A DNA stretch of 63,530 nt, filler included. It is 15 parts of 15 records of this genome, joined end to end, with 100 filler letters (N's around TTAATTAATTAA, not from the genome) between each part and the next. Parts side by side here need not be neighbours in the genome. Positions count along the whole stretch, not along the records: positions 55,804 to 59,012 come from SRR15195285_9339; positions 59,113 to 63,530 come from SRR15195285_9343; 13 more parts are not named here. One strand, 5' to 3'. The notes below the pieces were generated by a model that was given only the letters and a program-made list of their open reading frames with translations, did no database searches and had not been told where the DNA came from. Numbering within the stretch: position 1 is the first letter of the stretch; every line of letters starts with the position of its first letter. Of the stretch, positions 58,370-63,530 are shown piece by piece. The translations under genes were made by a program, and so were the position numbers.

Positions 58370-59012
58370 ATGGCGTTGCTCGGGGCGCTGCTGCTGGCCG
58401 CACCGACAGCCGCCGTCGCAGCAAAGACGGCGCAGCCGCACATCCTCCAGGTCATCGTCGATGATTTTGGCTTTGCGAATACGAACTACAATCGCGCCGA
58501 GCCTGATCCAGAGGTCTCGACGCCACACATGGACGAGCTAGTGGCCAGCGGTGTGCACTTCATGCGCCACTACGTCCACGCCGAGTGTACTCCGACGCGC
58601 GTCTCATTCCAGACAGGACGCCTTCCGATGCACAGCGGCCAGCCGGGCCTGTGCTCCCCCACGCAGGCAGCGTGCGGCATTCCATACGAGGCCACGGGCA
58701 TCGCCACCAAGTTGCGTAGCGCCGGCTACGCCACGCACTTTGTGGGGAAATGGGACTGTGGAATGGCCACGCAGCGGCACACCCCGGCTGGCAAGGGATA
58801 CCAGACTGCACTCAACTACTTTGGGCATGGCAACTACCAGTGGGGACAGATTGAATGGGGGGCGAACGGGGGAGGAAATGCGGGCAACACCGAGCCTCCC
58901 TCCGACCCGAGAGGTGACAACGCTTCGCTGCCACGCGATCTGTGGGACTTTGACAAACCCGCCATCGCGCTGAGTGATGTAAGTCGCGACGAGGGCGTAT
59001 ACGAAGAGGACC
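58370..59012 (+). CDS. Secreted arylsulfatase (ARSB-like S1 sulfatase), 3'-partial
   Basis: Signal peptide. PHILQVIVDDFG, TPHMDEL, formylglycine motif CTPTR..FQTGR, GYATHFVGKW. Confidence 0.92.
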
Positions 59013-59324
59013 NNNNNNNNNNNNNNNNNNNNNNNNNNNNNNNNNNNNNNNNNNNNTTAATTAATTAANNNNNNNNNNNNNNNNNNNNNNNNNNNNNNNN
59101 NNNNNNNNNNNNCTGCTGCTGCTGCTGCTGCTGCTGCGCTGGATAGGCTGGGCTACTCGGAGAGCCGCTGCGGAGCCGCAGCAGGGAAGGACGTCGACTG
59201 CGCTGGCTGGGCGGCGAGCGCGACACTGGCTGAGCTGAGCCTCGGCCTCTGAGCTGGGCTGGGCTGCTGAGGCGCTGGCCTGTAGTGAGAGCTGCTGGGT
59301 GCCCCTGCGTTCTGGTCGCGCGGG

Positions 59325-62006
59325 ATGGATTTCGCCGGAGATGCCGTGAGCGGAGCCGCGGCGTCAGGCGGATCCAACCCTCGCGTCTTCATGGATATCG
59401 CCGTGAGCGAGCAGCCGGTGGGCAGGGTCGAGTTCGAGCTGCGTGCTGATATTGTGCCAAAGACCGCGGAGAACTTCCGGGCGCTATGCACAGGGGAAAA
59501 GGGCTACGGGTACAAGGGCTCGAGCTTCCACCGCATCATTCCAGGGTTCATGTGCCAAGGAGGCGACTTCACGAACCACAACGGCACCGGCGGCCGCAGC
59601 ATCTACGGATCCAAGTTCCAAGACGAGAACTTTCAGCTCATGCACACGGGTCCAGGAGTCCTATCGATGGCAAACTCCGGGCCCAACACGAACGGCTCGC
59701 AGTTTTTTCTCTGCACAGCGCGTACCGACTGGCTGGACGGCAAGCATGTGGTGTTCGGCAAGGTTATCAGCGGCTATGACGAAGTAGTGAACCGGATTGA
59801 GGGCTACGGCTCGAAGCAAGGCACTCCACGAGGCAAGGTCACTATCGTAGACTGTGGCGAGGTGGCACAAGACCGCAAGCGGAAGCGTGAGGACAGCGAC
59901 GAGGTAGCCGATGGGTCGTCTGCGGCACCAGTGCTCGCGGGTGAAGATGACGGGTCGGGCCGGGAACCGACAGCCGAGGAGATCGACCGCATGCTGGACG
60001 AGACGGAGGAGGTAGACGAGCTCGACGCCACAGCGGTGAAGAAAATGGTTCTGGGGCTCGAGAAGAAGCTGACCAAAAATCACGAGATGCGGATGAAATT
60101 CGCGGATCGTCCAACGAAATTCGCTGAGTCAGAGGTCGACCTTGACGACGAAATCAAGAAGCTGCACACCCTTGCCACGGCACCGGAGCTCTACCCAGAA
60201 CTGGTCAAGTCCAGCGCCCACCGTTCGTTACTCGAGCTCCTCAAGCACGAGAACGTGGACATCTCTATCGATCTGATCGATCTGATGCACGACCTATTTG
60301 ACCCCGAGATGCTCGACGAGGCGATGGAGCAGGCCAACGTGCTGATCGAGGCCCTGCTCGCTGAGGACTTCTTGCCCTTGCTGATCGACAATCTGAGCAG
60401 ACTAGACGAGGCGTCGGACGAGCAGGCGGAGGGTGTGCACAACGTGCTTGGGATCGTTGAGCACCTGATCGAACTCAAGCCAGCGTTGGCAGATGTGATC
60501 GTCGCGCAAACAAATCTCCTAAAATGGCTGCTGAAGCGAGTCGCAGCACGTGCAAAGACCTTCCATCCGAATAGACTCTATGCGTCGGAGATACTCTCTA
60601 TGTTGCTACAAACCAGTGTGCCGAACCAACAAGCCCTCGCAGCTGATGGTTTGGGCGGCGTAGACTCGTTGCTTGTGGCGGCTGCATCCTACAAGAAGAA
60701 AGACCCGGTCGGGGACGAGGAACGAGAGCTCTGCGAGAACATCTTTCAGTGCCTGTGCTCTGCGCTGATGCAGCCGGTTAACAGGGCTGAGTTCCGTAGC
60801 TCAGAAGGGATTGGTGAGATGACTCTGTCTATAAAATATTTCGATTCCCTGAAGTGGGCATCATCACTGAAAACTGACCACATCCTCGTGTTTGCTGTCA
60901 CGTTGTATGACAGAGCTGATGCTGATGATCATTCGTGAGAAGAAGTACGGGCGGAAGTGTGCAGTGAAGGTGCTTGACTATGTCTTGACCAACGATGCAG
61001 ATTGCTGCGACCAGTGCGTGGATGCTGGCGGTCTGAAGTCCATATTTCCAGTCTTCATGGGGAAAAGCCTGAAGAAAAAGTGCGTGAGGCCTTGCGCATG
61101 TATTGCTCTGCGCCTGGCCAAACTGGCGGTTGATCTTTCATCTGAATGCATCTGCTTCTTCTTTGTTGTGTTGCTTCCAATGGCCGCTGGGTTGGGTTGG
61201 TACAGGTACCACGACGCGGACGAAATGCGCAAAGTGGAGGAGCTTGGTGTCTCTATCTTGGGATCGTTGTTCAAATTCTGCACTGGCGAGCGCCTGCAGC
61301 GGTTGGTACTCAAATTTGAAGAGAACGAGTGCGAGAAGATTGACCGGCTATGCGAGCTCTACTGCCGGTGCGGTGCCAGCCACGCACACAGTTTTGAATG
61401 TCCAGAGGCAGCGCAGGAGCGAATGTTCATACACGATCGCCGTGAACTGAAAAGTGCTTGGCGTGCCCGACCATTTTTGTGATTGGGCTTGGATTTAGGT
61501 ACTCCGACAAGTTGCAGGCACTCGATACCCGTTATGCTGCTGCAGATGCAGCTCGAGAACAGCACTCAGGGTGGGCCGCGGCAAGCAAGGAGGACAAAGA
61601 CGAGCTGCTTGAGGAAGAGAAAGAGGAGAGGTATTTAGAGCGATTAGACGCTGGGTTGTATACGCTACAGCTGCTTGCGGCGTTGCTAGCTTCGGTGTGG
61701 GTACGTCGATTGTCTTCTGCCGACACCATTTGCCACATGTCCACTGCTCGTCACCTGGTGTAAATTGATGCAAACGCGTCGCCACAGGGTCTGGAGGCCC
61801 CGAAGCAACGAGCAATGATGCTACTGCACCAGCAATCGATAAGCGTGGACGAGGTTGCGAAGGTGTTAGAAGATTACGCTGAGATGGTTGGTGACAAGAC
61901 CAAGCAGCAGGAGCAGGAAGGGAACACCGGCAGCAGCGCAGATGAGGAAGCAGCTGCGGCGGCTGAGGCGACAAGCATTCGAGCACTCGCAAGTGTACTA
62001 AAGTGA
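59325..62006 (+). CDS. CTNNBL1: Cyclophilin-type PPIase fused to beta-catenin-like protein 1; exons 59325-60813, 60914-61079, 61206-61367, 61499-61700, 61788-62006
   Basis: CypA-like domain ([51 protein letters not shown]), then CTNNBL1 motifs ([62 protein letters not shown]). Four GT-AG introns keep the frame. Confidence 0.93.
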
Positions 62007-62056
62007 TCTGAATTTACGTCAGAACTGATGTGTACACGACATGTTGTACATTTATG

Positions 62057-63391
62057 TTATGGGGCTGATCTGCCGATTGGACCAGCGCCTGCTCCTGTAT
62101 CCGTTCTTGTTTCTAGTGCTCCTCTCGTACTTCTTGCGTCCGAAAGCAGACTTGAAACCGGGGGCACAAGAGAGGGTGCAGACGCATCATTGTCAGCTGC
62201 TGAAGTTGGCTTCACCACAGAAACAGCAAAGCCTGGACTTGAGCTATTGCCGCTGCTACTGCCGGCGCGACCGACGAGGGTCTCCTCCTTGCTGTACCCT
62301 GTCTTAGAACGCCGTCGGTACGGATCTTGTACGCAATCTGGGAAGACTCTATGGCCGACTACTTGCATGATCTCCCCAACTCCCGCGCCACAGCACGAAC
62401 CACCTAGAAAACCCAGGAAGCCACCACCAATCAGTGCTGCTATGACTGCAGCTGTCCCGCCACCAGCTCCACCAACAACCACCGCGGTGTCGCCGCTCTC
62501 GAGGTCGGTGGACGACTGCCGATTGAGTGCGCTGCTGCCGCTGGTGAGCATGCTGCTCGCGATGCAGGCAGCGTGGTTGTCTGCCCCGCTTGGGTTCGCG
62601 CTACCCCCAGGTGTCGCTGGGCATAGCGCTGGCTCCAAGGTCCAGAACCGTTCGTCGCACCCACCATCGTGCTGGCAGCGCGGACCACCAGTCCCTCCGA
62701 GCAGGCATTGGCCCGTTGCAGCACACCACCCACAGCTTCCTGCGCCGTCGTATCGACCACTCGCGCGCGCAGTGTCTGCCATGCTAGTGCAGTCGCTGCA
62801 CGAAGTCGCATTGAAGCAGGCGAGGCCCTCGTACCAGCAGCCTACTTCGATCGGCTCCATAAGCGCGGCATCACCCGCTTTCAGCTCGGCGACGACACAC
62901 GCCTGCGTGACCTCGGTGGTGATGTGTGCGTCCTCCAGGGTGATGCAGATCTCCCCTCCCAGCGACGCGAAGATACTCACCACTTGTTCCATTGTCTGAA
63001 TGCTAGAGAGCAAGGCCATTGCTCCTCCTCCGCCTGCTCCGGAGCTACCGATGGCCGCAGCAATCTCCGGGTCGTCAAGCCTCACCGTGCTGAGACGCAA
63101 CCCACTAGTGTCCATCTCAGCGACCTTCCGGCACTGTGTCGTGATGGTCTGGCCCGGCGGCAGGCTCAGCGGCTCAAACACTGCGGAGCCGGAGCCGTCC
63201 GTGACATCGATCTGCGTCGACCCACACTCGTCGGTCACGACGGTCACGCACCCTCCGGTCCCGAACCCCCCCGGCTCACCAGGGGTTTCGGACCGCGGCT
63301 CATCGCACGTCGTGTAGCGCTGCTGGCACATCCCAGCCTGCTGCGCCCGCACCACCGCCAGCACCGAGAGCAAGACGGCCAGGCTCCCCAT
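62057..63391 (-). CDS. Type I membrane protein with a PSI (plexin-repeat)-like Cys-rich domain
   Basis: Signal peptide MGSLAVLLSVLAVVRAQQ. CFNATSCSDC...CGWCAATGQC. Gly-rich TM AAVIAALIGGGFLGFLGG. Confidence 0.7.
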   Translation of the reverse strand: MGSLAVLLSVLAVVRAQQAGMCQQRYTTCDEPRSETPGEPGGFGTGGCVTVVTDECGSTQIDVTDGSGSAVFEPLSLPPGQTITTQCRKVAEMDTSGLRLSTVRLDDPEIAAAIGSSGAGGGGAMALLSSIQTMEQVVSIFASLGGEICITLEDAHITTEVTQACVVAELKAGDAALMEPIEVGCWYEGLACFNATSCSDCTSMADTARASGRYDGAGSCGWCAATGQCLLGGTGGPRCQHDGGCDERFWTLEPALCPATPGGSANPSGADNHAACIASSMLTSGSSALNRQSSTDLESGDTAVVVGGAGGGTAAVIAALIGGGFLGFLGGSCCGAGVGEIMQVVGHRVFPDCVQDPYRRRSKTGYSKEETLVGRAGSSSGNSSSPGFAVSVVKPTSAADNDASAPSLVPPVSSLLSDARSTRGALETRTDTGAGAGPIGRSAP

Positions 63392-63530
63392 CCGCCAGTC
63401 AGCAGTATGAGGCCCCCTCAAACGCGGCGACCTCTCCCAGCCTGGGTTGGAATCTCGTGTGTTAAAGGAGTATGTTAAACTCACTGATGAATACCGTGCG
63501 CCCCTCTGCTCACCTCGAATCGCTGCTTTT

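Noticed and set aside
3622-59112. Regularly recurring TTAATTAATTAA flanked by N runs, superficially like a repeat array
   Set aside because: Artificial six-frame-stop linkers between contigs. Not a CRISPR array or biological repeat, and gene neighbourhoods across them are meaningless
15020-59136. Microsatellites at contig ends: (GCA)n 15020, (GGAGCC)n 18173, (GGAGCA)n 22449, (GGCA)n ~29270, (AG)n 29396, (CTG)n 59113
   Set aside because: Ordinary low-complexity tracts (several encode poly-Ala, EP or EQ runs) that explain the assembly breaks. Not telomeric
62028-63478. Long + strand ORFs (323 aa, 269 aa) and the many other antisense ORFs in the track
   Set aside because: Shadow ORFs expected opposite real genes in GC-rich DNA, with no motifs

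Overview
This is not one locus. It is 15 short contigs (about 3-7 kb each) of a GC-rich eukaryotic genome, joined by 14 artificial 100-nt linkers (44 N + TTAATTAATTAA + 44 N), so adjacency across a linker carries no biological meaning. Short spliceosomal GT-AG introns (donors often GTGCG/GTACG), sulfatases, several secreted glycoside-hydrolase-like enzymes and an ODF3/SHIPPO-repeat protein suggest a flagellated, probably marine, protist. The taxon cannot be fixed from the sequence alone. About 21 protein genes or fragments can be read. The most interesting are: (1) a ubiquitin-like(GG)-beta-sandwich-SARM1-like TIR protein, a candidate protease/DUB-activated immune NADase; (2) a putative membrane-tethered regulator with two copies of an unfamiliar GATA-like/Zn-cluster-like Cys module; (3) a single-exon fusion of an intact cyclophilin to the spliceosomal protein CTNNBL1; (4) an RBR-type E3 ligase with a WW domain where the IBR should be, followed by a repeated multi-pass membrane region. 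No rRNA, tRNA, CRISPR array or transposase was recognised. All domain calls are by-eye motif recognition and were not checked against databases.
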